40,293 nt of DNA from an uncultured Alphaproteobacteria bacterium (GCA_963974945.1 CAXBFT010000001.1:1-40293); one strand, 5' to 3'. Counted from the first letter of the stretch, positions 1 through 7,737 are shown. Numbers and translations: made by a program. Notes: generated by a model not told the origin, from the sequence alone.

Positions 1-151
1 TTTCCGCGGCTTCGCCTTGTGCAAGGCGGGTGATCCCCCTCCGGCAAGTCCGGGTCATGGTTTAAATCTCCCCCGCTTTCGTGCCGCTACGCGGCTCATA
101 GGAAAGAAGTGCAACACGCACTTTTAACTAAATCAGCGAAAGGAAAAAACT
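1..151 (+). repeat. Structured leader element, copy A (5' part cut by the window edge)
   Basis: Positions 1-40 match the 3' part of the 50-nt core at 2645-2694 and 6222-6271. The 3' closing arm CCGGCAAG (41-48) matches copy C. GGGTCATG and CCGCTTTC follow, then a GCCGC/GCGGC hairpin (83-95). The box TAGGAAAGAAGTGCAACACGCACTTTTAA (99-127) is shared with copy B. The element ends at the RBS of the 152 CDS. Confidence 0.7.
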
Positions 152-1873
152 ATGACTTACACAAAACTACCAATCACGAAAATTCAGGTTTCGGATGCAA
201 ACCCGCGCAAAGCCTTTGATGATGATTCAATTATTGGCTTGGCACAATCTATTAAAACTGACGGATTGCTTCAAAACCTGATTGTCGGAAAAGCCAAGGG
301 CAAAAAGAAATTACACCCTATTATCTGCGGTGAACGCCGTTTTCGGGCTATCAGCCTTTTGGTTGAAAATGGCGATTTGCCGAAAGATTACGAGGTTACT
401 GTTGAAATTAAAGACGACCTCGATGCCGATACGGCTTTGCGAATTGCCACAATGGAAAACATCCAAAGGCAAGACCTTACACCATTGGAGGAAGCACAAG
501 CGCTAACAAAACTGGTTCAGGACGGTGAAAAACTTGATGATATTGTCGCTCAAACAGGATTAAGCGCACATACAGTCAGACGTCGCCTTGTTCTCATGCA
601 GTTAAGTGAGACAGTCAAAGAATGTCTTGAGACAGGTGAAATTACCCTTTCACAGCCAGAAGCATTGAGTGTTGGCACATTTGAGGAGCAGGAACGCTGT
701 CTCAATATGGCTAAATCAGGTTATTGGGATGCCGAAGATATTAAAGACCGTATTCTGGGCGATCTTCCTACCCTCTCTATGGCTATTTTTGAGCGTGAGC
801 TTTACACAGGTGAGTATACAACCGACCTTTTAGGCGAGGATGATAACACCTATTTCAATGATGCAGAGCAATTCTTTGATTTGCAAAAGCAAGCGGCGGA
901 AGAACTAGCAGAATCCTATCGTGAGAAAGCCGATTGGGTGGAATTTGTTGAGAGCTATTTCAGTGCTTGGCAGTATGGCCGCGCCGAAGAAGGTGAGACA
1001 GGAGGCGTTATTGTTTCGTTATCGGCAAGCGGTGCTGTTGAAGTCCATGAAGGGCTTATCAAAACCAAGGCTGATGAAGGTACAGCAAATAGCCTTAAAG
1101 TGAAGCCTAAAGCCACTTACCCTACTCCGCTACGCCGTTATATGGCCATGCATAAAAGTATCGCGGTTCAATCGGCTTTGATTGAAAACCCAAGGGTTGC
1201 GAAACAGCTTGCTGTCGCAAACAAGCTATATCGTTTCAAAAACCATGATTGTCTGTCCTATTTCGAGCAGGAAGAGACAACCTCCCCTGCCCTCGCAATT
1301 ATCAATGAACAGGCAAAGGCTTTATTGGCGCATCTCGGCCATGACTCCGAAGACGCTACATGGCGCGATTTGGGTTATCTTTTCAACTATGACCTAGAAG
1401 ATGCCTATAAAGCTGTCAAAGACTTATCGGATGATGTTTTAGAAAGCCTTTTGGTGACACTGGATGCCTTGGAATTCGGGCAATTATTCTGTGATCAGCT
1501 TGATACTTATGAAGGCAGCATCTTCAATCAGGTTGCCCAGGATTTGCGTGTTGATATGCGGAATTACTGGCGACCAGATGAAGCCTTTTTGAAACGCCGT
1601 AACAAGGTGCAATTACAGCAGATTGTTACCGAGGCAGGGTGCTTTCAGAAATTCGGCAATGTTGCAGGATATAAGAAAAAAGAACTTGTGACCTCAATGA
1701 GCAAACATTTTCAGCACGTTCTTACACTTGAAAGCCCCAGTGAAGACGAATTGAAAGCAACATTCTGGATTCCAGAAGCTATGGCTTTCCCTGCGATTGA
1801 CCCTGATGTGAAGCAGGTCGAGCAGGATGAAACCTTGGACGATACAGCCGAGGATTTCAAAGAGGCCGCTTAA
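152..1873 (+). CDS. ParB-like nuclease (ParB/Srx N-terminal) domain protein; conjugative-element type, not the partition ParB
   Basis: 573-aa ORF. The N-terminus has ParB-box-like motifs (KIQVSDANPRKAFDD, GLLQNLIV, ICGERRFRAI). RBS AAAGGAAAAAAC lies before the ATG. A separate ParA plus small partner occurs at 4.9-6.0 kb. Confidence 0.8.
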   Translation: MTYTKLPITKIQVSDANPRKAFDDDSIIGLAQSIKTDGLLQNLIVGKAKGKKKLHPIICGERRFRAISLLVENGDLPKDYEVTVEIKDDLDADTALRIATMENIQRQDLTPLEEAQALTKLVQDGEKLDDIVAQTGLSAHTVRRRLVLMQLSETVKECLETGEITLSQPEALSVGTFEEQERCLNMAKSGYWDAEDIKDRILGDLPTLSMAIFERELYTGEYTTDLLGEDDNTYFNDAEQFFDLQKQAAEELAESYREKADWVEFVESYFSAWQYGRAEEGETGGVIVSLSASGAVEVHEGLIKTKADEGTANSLKVKPKATYPTPLRRYMAMHKSIAVQSALIENPRVAKQLAVANKLYRFKNHDCLSYFEQEETTSPALAIINEQAKALLAHLGHDSEDATWRDLGYLFNYDLEDAYKAVKDLSDDVLESLLVTLDALEFGQLFCDQLDTYEGSIFNQVAQDLRVDMRNYWRPDEAFLKRRNKVQLQQIVTEAGCFQKFGNVAGYKKKELVTSMSKHFQHVLTLESPSEDELKATFWIPEAMAFPAIDPDVKQVEQDETLDDTAEDFKEAA

Positions 1874-1885
1874 TTCTACCAATTT

Positions 1886-1918
1886 GCCGCCCGAAATATC
1901 GGGCGGCTTTTCTTTTTT
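1886..1918 (+). terminator. Rho-independent terminator
   Basis: GCCGCCCG (1886-1893), loop AAATAT, CGGGCGGC (1900-1907), followed by a T-rich tract TTTTCTTTTTT. Confidence 0.75.
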
Positions 1919-1929
1919 AGGAATTCACC

Positions 1930-2589
1930 ATGAGCATTCAAGAATTTATTAGAGACTTATCACGTTTAGACCCTTCAAAATCTTCATCCGAAAAATTCAG
2001 GGATTTTTGTGAACTGGCCTTTTGCGCCTATGCAAAATTGACAGCATCCCCAGATCGCGCCGAAAACCTTGAAGAGCGTTATATGAATATCGTTCAAACA
2101 TATCGTGATAAAGACACGATTAGAGCATATCCCCGTCTTATGGCTATGGTTTGGCGCGGTGTGATGGACGGACAAGACTTTCTCGGACAGGCCGCTGCTG
2201 AATTAAATGCACTTGATGCTAAAACAGGTCAGTTTTTTACGCCGATGCCTGTCTCTCGAATGATGGCTGTGATTGGATTACAGGGGGCAGAGACCGCCAT
2301 TAAGGAAAAAGGCTTTATAACGCTGAATGAGCCTGCATCAGGCGCAGGCGGGATGATATTAGCGGCGGCTAAGGTTATTGCAGAAATGGGTTATGACCCC
2401 TCCTCCCATTTACTCGTAAGCGCTCAGGATATCAGTCAAATTGCGTATCATATGTGCTTTTTGCAACTGACATTTGCAGGAATCCCCGCCCATGTGGAGC
2501 GTTGCAATAGCCTGTCTATGGAGACTTTCGACGCTTCTTGGACACCGGCCACGCTTGCCTTTCTCAGGCAGCATGGCCGTCTCTTTTAG
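1930..2589 (+). CDS. N6-DNA-methylase-like protein with an AdoMet-binding motif but no visible (D/N)PP(Y/F) catalytic motif
   Basis: 219-aa ORF. QFFTPMPVSRMM and LNEPASGAGGMIL resemble motif X and motif I of N-6 adenine methylases. The protein ends about 60 aa later and no NPPF/NPPY/DPPY is seen. Confidence 0.55.
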   Translation: MSIQEFIRDLSRLDPSKSSSEKFRDFCELAFCAYAKLTASPDRAENLEERYMNIVQTYRDKDTIRAYPRLMAMVWRGVMDGQDFLGQAAAELNALDAKTGQFFTPMPVSRMMAVIGLQGAETAIKEKGFITLNEPASGAGGMILAAAKVIAEMGYDPSSHLLVSAQDISQIAYHMCFLQLTFAGIPAHVERCNSLSMETFDASWTPATLAFLRQHGRLF

Positions 2590-2791
2590 TCTTGGCTGTA
2601 TCCGTCAAGACCTCCCTTCGGGCCGCTAAAGCGCACAAAAACGGTATCCCCACCTTTCCGCGTCTTCGACTTGTGCAAGGTGGGTGATCCCCCTCCGTTT
2701 TTGTGGGTCGTGACCGCTCCAGCCGCTTCCAAAGCCGTTTCACGGCACTTCTAGGAAAGAAGTGCAACACACATTTTAAGGAGAAAAGAAG
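2590..2791 (+). repeat. Structured leader element, copy B
   Basis: The 50-nt core (2645-2694) is closed by perfectly complementary arms CACAAAAACGG (2634-2644) and CCGTTTTTGTG (2695-2705). An inner stem pairs CCCACCTT (2649-2656) with AAGGTGGG (2677-2684). Downstream is a GCCG/CGGC hairpin (2734-2746) and the shared box at 2752-2779. Confidence 0.75.
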
Positions 2792-3664
2792 ATGAAACGC
2801 ACCGATATTTACCAATCTGTTACTGACACAATCATTGAAGCTCTGGAACAAGGCTTATCAGGGGATTTTGAATTGCCTTGGCATGGCTGTTCGATTGTTC
2901 CCCAAAATGCCCGAACTGGAAATTATTATCATGGCATCAATGTGCCATTACTTTGGGCGCACCAGATGAAAAGCGCCTATTCAAGCGGAACATGGGCGAC
3001 TTATAAACAATGGCAGGACATGGGCGCACAGGTCAAAAAGGGCGAGAAAGGCCGCCAGATTGTTTTTTGGAAATCTATTGAAGTCGAGCCAACACAAGAT
3101 AATGAACAGCGCGAACAAGTTATGTTTGCCAAATATTCAACTGTCTTTAATGCCGATCAGGTGGACGGCTTCACCCTACCCCAAGATGATTTTGAACCAA
3201 ACGATATTCAGGCTATTTCAGCCGCAGATCACTTGATTGACGCATCAGGCGCAGATATTCGTTTTGATGAACGCCGCGCCTATTACAGCGTATTAGAGGA
3301 CTTTATCAACCTGCCCAGCCCTGAATTTTTCAAGGATACGTGCGGCTCTACAGCTACGCAGAATTACTACAGCACGGCATTTCACGAGCTTGTCCACTGG
3401 ACAGGAGCGCAGAAACGCCTGAACCGTGAGCAGAAGCATAAATTTGCTTCAAAAGACTATGCTTTCGAGGAATTGGTCGCAGAACTTGGCGCCGCCATGC
3501 TTTGTGCATCTACAGGCGTAGAGTCAAGCACCAGAGAAGACCACGCCATTTATATACAAAACTGGCTGAAAGCCTTGAAGGACGACAAGAAGTTTATCTT
3601 TTCGGCCAGCTCACAGGCACAAAAAGCCGCTGATTATCTCTTTTCTTTCACCAATCAAGATTAA
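2792..3664 (+). CDS. ardC: ArdC-type antirestriction protein (N-terminal ssDNA-binding domain plus C-terminal HExxH metalloprotease)
   Basis: 290 aa. The N-terminus (ITDTIIEALEQG, PW, NARTGNYYHGINVPLLW) is typical of ArdC/DUF1738. The C-terminus has FHELVHWTG (HExxH). Confidence 0.9.
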   Translation: MKRTDIYQSVTDTIIEALEQGLSGDFELPWHGCSIVPQNARTGNYYHGINVPLLWAHQMKSAYSSGTWATYKQWQDMGAQVKKGEKGRQIVFWKSIEVEPTQDNEQREQVMFAKYSTVFNADQVDGFTLPQDDFEPNDIQAISAADHLIDASGADIRFDERRAYYSVLEDFINLPSPEFFKDTCGSTATQNYYSTAFHELVHWTGAQKRLNREQKHKFASKDYAFEELVAELGAAMLCASTGVESSTREDHAIYIQNWLKALKDDKKFIFSASSQAQKAADYLFSFTNQD

Positions 3665-3676
3665 CCCAAGATAGAA

Positions 3677-3700
3677 GGCAGGGAAAAGCCCCCTGCCCCT
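3677..3700 (+). terminator. Weak hairpin after ardC
   Basis: GGCAGGG (3677-3683) pairs with CCCTGCC (3691-3697). Only a short T run follows. Confidence 0.3.
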
Positions 3701-3717
3701 TTAATGAGGAGCAAATT

Positions 3718-3813
3718 ATGACTTATCTCGTATTTATTGACACGCAATCAGGTAAAAAACACATTCAATCTGGAACAACCGCGAAGACTGTAAACACCAA
3801 GTCGATGTATTGA
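3718..3813 (+). CDS. Possible 31-aa small ORF (MTYLVFIDTQSGKKHIQSGTTAKTVNTKSMY)
   Basis: The ATG is preceded by GAGGAG at a 6-nt spacing. It is below the ORF-track length cut-off and has no other support. Confidence 0.2.
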   Translation: MTYLVFIDTQSGKKHIQSGTTAKTVNTKSMY

Positions 3814-3926
3814 ACGGCGCAGGATATCTGGCTTGGTGGGAATTCATACCCGCCGCGCTGAATGCCCCGAATGGCCAATATCTTGTCTAAGCCCCCTACT
3901 CTCAATTTTTAAAAAAGGAATACACT

Positions 3927-4352
3927 ATGCAACAAGCACAAACACTTACATGGGATGAAACTGAGATCGCAAACGCCCGCGCCGCCGAATTCTTGGCCTC
4001 CGAAATTGCTGAAACCGAAGAAGAAGCCTTCTCTATGGCAATATCGGATACGCAAGTCATAGAATGGGAATTCGAAGATTTTAAGGAACAGCTTAAAACC
4101 ATTCTTGACGATATTTCGCCCGAAGGCTTTTTCTATGTAGAAGGCCGGAATATGGGCTGGAGACGATTATCAGGCCATGCGGAGATAAAAGCAGATAGTG
4201 CAGAATCCTATATTAAAAAAGCCTTCCCTAAAACATCGGAATGGACGTTTCGAGGCGTTTACACCCCTTCCAAAAAGTCTTTGGATTATGCGCTTTATCA
4301 CCATGACGCGCCTACTGGAGAGTTTTATACTGTCATTGCAAATTCGGCATAA
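3927..4352 (+). CDS. Hypothetical protein (141 aa, acidic N-terminus)
   Basis: ORF with RBS AAAGGAA. I recognise no family. Its last 130 nt are part of the 272-bp tandem duplication. Confidence 0.55.
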   Translation: MQQAQTLTWDETEIANARAAEFLASEIAETEEEAFSMAISDTQVIEWEFEDFKEQLKTILDDISPEGFFYVEGRNMGWRRLSGHAEIKADSAESYIKKAFPKTSEWTFRGVYTPSKKSLDYALYHHDAPTGEFYTVIANSA

Positions 4353-4766
4353 GGCGTGAAAAGGAGTAAGTAGGGTTTTCTTTACCTTTGCATATATAAA
4401 AGAGTAAGTACGGAAGTAAAGATTTAGCGAAAATAACACAACGGTAAACCCCTACTTACACTTGTTGGTATTTCACTAAGACGGTAAAACCATACTTCCC
4501 TAAAACATCGGAATGGACGTTTTGAGGCGTTTACACCCCTTCCAAAAAGTCTTTGGATTATGCGCTTTATCACCATGACGCGCCTACTGGAGAGTTTTAT
4601 ACTGTCATTGCAAATTCGGCATAAGGCGTGAAAAGGAGTAAGTAGGGTTTTCTTTACCTTTGCATATATAAAAGAGTAAGTACGGAAGTAAAGATTTAGC
4701 GAAAATAACACAACGGTAAACCCCTACTTACACTTGTTGGTATTTCACTAAGACGGTAAAACCATG
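4223..4766. repeat. Tandem duplication, 2 x 272 bp
   Basis: 4223-4494 and 4495-4766 are identical except C4251 versus T4523 and the last base. The unit comprises the 3' end of the 3927 CDS plus the downstream iteron-bearing spacer. Confidence 0.95.
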
Positions 4767-4887
4767 CTTCTCTAAATCGCTAGAATGGTACTTTACGAAG
4801 ATGGTAAGTCACTATATACTCTAAATGGTAAGTCACTATCTCTTCACGAGAACACCTGCCGACTTACTATCAAGAATAAGTCACTAC
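4366..4887. promoter_or_regulatory. Iteron array, putative partition centromere/operator upstream of parA
   Basis: GTAAGTA or its reverse complement occurs at 4366, 4404, 4453(rc), 4638, 4676 and 4725(rc). ATGGTAAGTCACTAT occurs twice (4801-4815, 4825-4839; 24-bp period). GACTTAC is at 4861 (rc) and ATAAGTCACTAC at 4876-4887. GGTAAA motifs are interspersed. Confidence 0.5.
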
Positions 4888-4917
4888 TTCACACCTTTGT
4901 TCAAGGAGCTTAAAAAA

Positions 4918-5601
4918 ATGTCATATATTATCGCTATATCCAGCTCAAAAGGCGGCCCTGGCAAAACCAACACGGTTGCCAACCTTGCCGATTATTGGGC
5001 ATTGAAGGGTAAAAAGGTCGCCTTGCTCGATTCTGACCCGAACAAAAATCTCTCCAAATGGTACAACAAGAAAGCCCTCGATGACGCTTTTGCAGGGGTA
5101 AGCTTGCAAACCTTAGAGGATGAAGAGCAGATTATTGATGCTGCGGAAGCGGCCGCGCAGGAACACGACATTGTTTTAATTGATGTGGCCGGTGTGCGGA
5201 GTAGGGCGCTTTTATATGCGGCCGGTATTGCCGATCTGGTTATTGTTCCTGCACAGCCTTCCGAAGATGATATTGATGAAGCTATCAATACAATCGAGGC
5301 TGTTAAAAGTGCAGGGAAGCTTGCCAAGCGCGATATTAAATACCGCGTCCTGCTGTCTCAAACACGCAAAGGCACGATTGTTCTTGAACACGCAGCCAAG
5401 CAGTTTGAGGAAATCAATAATATTAAAATATTCCGCACGACTATCGGACAGCGCGAAGCCCATAAACAGGCGCGTTTCTACGGTACTACCGTCATGCGCT
5501 CTGACCCGAAAAGTGCTGCCGCCCTGGATTTCACCAATCTAGGGAAAGAGCTGGATAAGCTTTTAAAGGAACAGGCCAAGCTGCAACAGCAAGCCGCATA
5601 A
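4918..5601 (+). CDS. parA: ParA-family partition ATPase (small, type Ib-like)
   Basis: Deviant Walker A SSKGGPGKTN. I place the start at 4918 (MSYIIAISS, RBS AAGGAG) rather than the track start at 4825, which lies inside the iterons. Confidence 0.9.
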   Translation: MSYIIAISSSKGGPGKTNTVANLADYWALKGKKVALLDSDPNKNLSKWYNKKALDDAFAGVSLQTLEDEEQIIDAAEAAAQEHDIVLIDVAGVRSRALLYAAGIADLVIVPAQPSEDDIDEAINTIEAVKSAGKLAKRDIKYRVLLSQTRKGTIVLEHAAKQFEEINNIKIFRTTIGQREAHKQARFYGTTVMRSDPKSAAALDFTNLGKELDKLLKEQAKLQQQAA

Positions 5602-5658
5602 AGGGAGAAGTCTTTACTTCTGTACTTCTCTAATTAGTCATTTATGAAAGGGACTATC

Positions 5659-5964
5659 ATGGCAAAACCAAGTTTAAAGAATCTTCCGAATGTCGGCACG
5701 GAAAACCGTAACGCGGACGAGCTGAAAAAACGCTTATCAGAAGGGGCAAAGGATTATCCAAGCCTGAAAGTCGAGAAAAAGAAGGATGCGACCAAGAAGC
5801 GCAAGAAATCTTCTTTATCGATGCCTGAATATGTTTGGGATCTTCTATGGGATGCGACCAAAGAGAGTAGGGAGCCTCAAGGTGTCATCGTTATGCGCGG
5901 TTTAAAGGCTTTGGGTTTTGATATTGATGAAGCCGATCTGGTAGATGCCCGTAAGACCCGCTAG
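5659..5964 (+). CDS. Small basic partition partner, ParG/RHH-like centromere-binding protein
   Basis: About 101 aa, directly after parA. It has a Lys-rich N-terminal tail. The C-terminus (SLSMPEYVWDLLWDATKES...GVIVMRGLKALG) has a strand-helix-helix pattern. The start could be 5644 or 5659. Confidence 0.55.
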   Translation: MAKPSLKNLPNVGTENRNADELKKRLSEGAKDYPSLKVEKKKDATKKRKKSSLSMPEYVWDLLWDATKESREPQGVIVMRGLKALGFDIDEADLVDARKTR

Positions 5965-6159
5965 GGTCAGGGCGTTTCCTTGTGCTTTGACAAGCCCAAG
6001 GTCAGGCTCTATTCACTAAGCACCCCCAAGCGGCCGAGGCCACTTCGGGCTGCTAAGTTCACCGAACCTCGGATGCCCGAGTTTCGGCCCATAGGGTAAC
6101 GATCCTTAACGCATTCATGGCAAGGCCATTCCTTATAGGAACGGTCTTTTGTTTTTAAA

Positions 6160-6379
6160 GAGGCCGCTTCGGCCCGATTATCAAGACCTTCGCTGACGCT
6201 CACCTTCGGCTGCCTTGCCGGTATCCCCACCTTTCCGCGTCTTCGACTTGTGCAAGGCGGGTGATCCCCCTCCGGCAAGGCCGGGTCATGACAATCTCCT
6301 CCCGCTTCAAGCGACAGATTCCTGTCGCCTCGAAAAAAGTATGTTTCGAGGCGCAATTTAAAAGGAAAAGGAGTTCGCT
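6160..6379 (+). repeat. Structured leader element, copy C
   Basis: The 50-nt core (6222-6271) differs from copy B at one position. It is closed by GCCTTGCCGG (6212-6221) and CCGGCAAGGC (6272-6281), a different sequence from the copy B stem at the same position. Downstream hairpins are GCGACAG/CTGTCGC (6311-6328) and CTCGAAA/TTTCGAG (6329-6350). Confidence 0.75.
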
Positions 6380-6781
6380 ATGACAGACCAACAAACGCAA
6401 TCACTTAACGGCAATCAACGAAAAACGCTGCGCGAGCAGGATTTGTCCAATTTTTACGGCACAGAAGTCTGGTACAGACATCCCGCCTTTAGAACCTATC
6501 TATATACCGAAGGCGTTCAGTATGTTGCAGAACATGGCGAAGCTTATTGGCTTTTGGATAAGATTTTTGCGTGTCAGGCCTGTGTCCCAAAACTATCAGG
6601 TGAAGATTTTTGCAGTTGGGAATTGAAAAAAGACGCAGAAGGGCAGGGGGCAAAGCTTATTTGCACAGATGGCAATTACAACGAGCTATATTCTGAAAGC
6701 ATTCTCTACACTGATTTTCCGCTTGCCAGCATCAAGTTCTATTGTGTGAACAATGTCTTGTTACTCCCCACAGAATATTAA
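6380..6781 (+). CDS. Small conserved conjugative-element protein (resembles the family I recall as DUF6876; unverified)
   Basis: 133 aa with motifs FYGTEVWYRH and YTEGVQYVAEHGEAYWLLDKI. RBS AAAGGAG. Confidence 0.6.
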   Translation: MTDQQTQSLNGNQRKTLREQDLSNFYGTEVWYRHPAFRTYLYTEGVQYVAEHGEAYWLLDKIFACQACVPKLSGEDFCSWELKKDAEGQGAKLICTDGNYNELYSESILYTDFPLASIKFYCVNNVLLLPTEY

Positions 6782-6795
6782 GGGGAGGGCAGGAT

Positions 6796-7737
6796 ATGAC
6801 ACAGCTTGATTATTCAAAATTCAAAACAGAGATAAACCTGACCCAGTATGCCGCGCATCTAGGCTATGAGATAGACCGTAAGAAAAGCACACGCTCATCC
6901 ATAGCCATGCGAAAAGACAGCGATAAAGTAATTATTTCAAGGCGCGGCAATCTTTGGGTTTATTTTTCGGTCACAGACGATAGCGACAACGGCACTATTA
7001 TCGACTTTGCCGAGAAGCGCACTCATAAAAGCATTGGTGAGATTGGGCGTGAACTGCAAAACTGGATAGGGGGTGGTGTTTCGCTCCCCGATGCAATAAG
7101 CTATGTGCGAGAGGTTGCCCCTCAAGAATATGACCCCGCACGTATTGCTGGAATTTTCAAATCTTTAAAACCCGTCTATAAACACCGTTATTTGGCCAGT
7201 AGGGGGCTTACAGATGCCCTTTTGACAGATAAACGGTTTGTAGGGCGCGTTTTTACAGACCGCTATCAGAACGCTGCATTTCCGCATTTTAAGGATGGTC
7301 AGGTTTGTGGCCTTGAGTTAAAAAACCATGACAAAGCCCTGTTTGTCAGAGGAAGCGAAAAAACTCTTTGGCGATCATATGTTTTCAAGGATGACAATAC
7401 GCTGATTTTGGCAGAAGCCGTCATAGATTCTTTAAGTTATCATGCGCTATATCGTAGAGAAAAAGCTGTCTATGCCGCTACAGGCGGCGGGTTATCGCCA
7501 GAGCAGGGGGAAATTATTACGGCTTTTATCCGCGACTTTGACGCTCTGGAGCATATCATCATCATTCCCGACCATGACCAAGGCGGCGATAAGTTTGAAA
7601 AGCGCATCCGTGAAGCCGTCGAGTTATCAGGCTTTGACGGATTGTGTGAAACGCACAGGCCATGCCTAGAAGGGCAGGACTGGAACGATGTCTATAAGGA
7701 CACGCTCGAAAAAACTGGAAAAACTATACAGATATGA
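6796..7737 (+). CDS. DUF3991/Toprim domain protein
   Basis: A Toprim glutamate is in LILAEAVIDSLSY and a DxD motif is in IIIPDHDQGGDKF. I place the start at 6796 (RBS GGGGAGGG) rather than 6742, which overlaps the previous CDS. Confidence 0.8.
   Translation: MTQLDYSKFKTEINLTQYAAHLGYEIDRKKSTRSSIAMRKDSDKVIISRRGNLWVYFSVTDDSDNGTIIDFAEKRTHKSIGEIGRELQNWIGGGVSLPDAISYVREVAPQEYDPARIAGIFKSLKPVYKHRYLASRGLTDALLTDKRFVGRVFTDRYQNAAFPHFKDGQVCGLELKNHDKALFVRGSEKTLWRSYVFKDDNTLILAEAVIDSLSYHALYRREKAVYAATGGGLSPEQGEIITAFIRDFDALEHIIIIPDHDQGGDKFEKRIREAVELSGFDGLCETHRPCLEGQDWNDVYKDTLEKTGKTIQI

Noticed and set aside
2564-2851. 95-aa minus-strand ORF. It shares the peptide EGDHPPCTSRRRGKVGIP with the 115-aa minus-strand ORF at 6009-6356.
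   Set aside because: The shared peptide is just the translation of the repeated non-coding core. Outside the core the two ORFs are unrelated. They overlap the ardC start and the structured region, have no RBS, and are Arg/Pro-rich as expected for antisense GC-rich hairpins.
4170-4711. Two nearly identical minus-strand ORFs (89 aa at 4170-4439 and 95 aa at 4424-4711).
   Set aside because: They are mirror images of the 272-bp tandem duplication. They run antisense through the 3927 CDS end and the iteron spacer, and their composition is low-complexity.
4366-4887. Possible CRISPR array, because of the many short repeats.
   Set aside because: The repeats are 7-15 nt, occur in both orientations, are irregularly spaced, and partly derive from a 272-bp duplication. 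There is no 25-40 nt repeat/spacer periodicity and no cas genes.
4825-4917. N-terminal extension of ParA (MVSHYLFTRT...) from the ORF track.
   Set aside because: The extension is encoded by the ATGGTAAGTCACTAT iterons themselves. A good RBS (AAGGAG) precedes the ATG at 4918, and the Walker A motif then follows at the usual distance.
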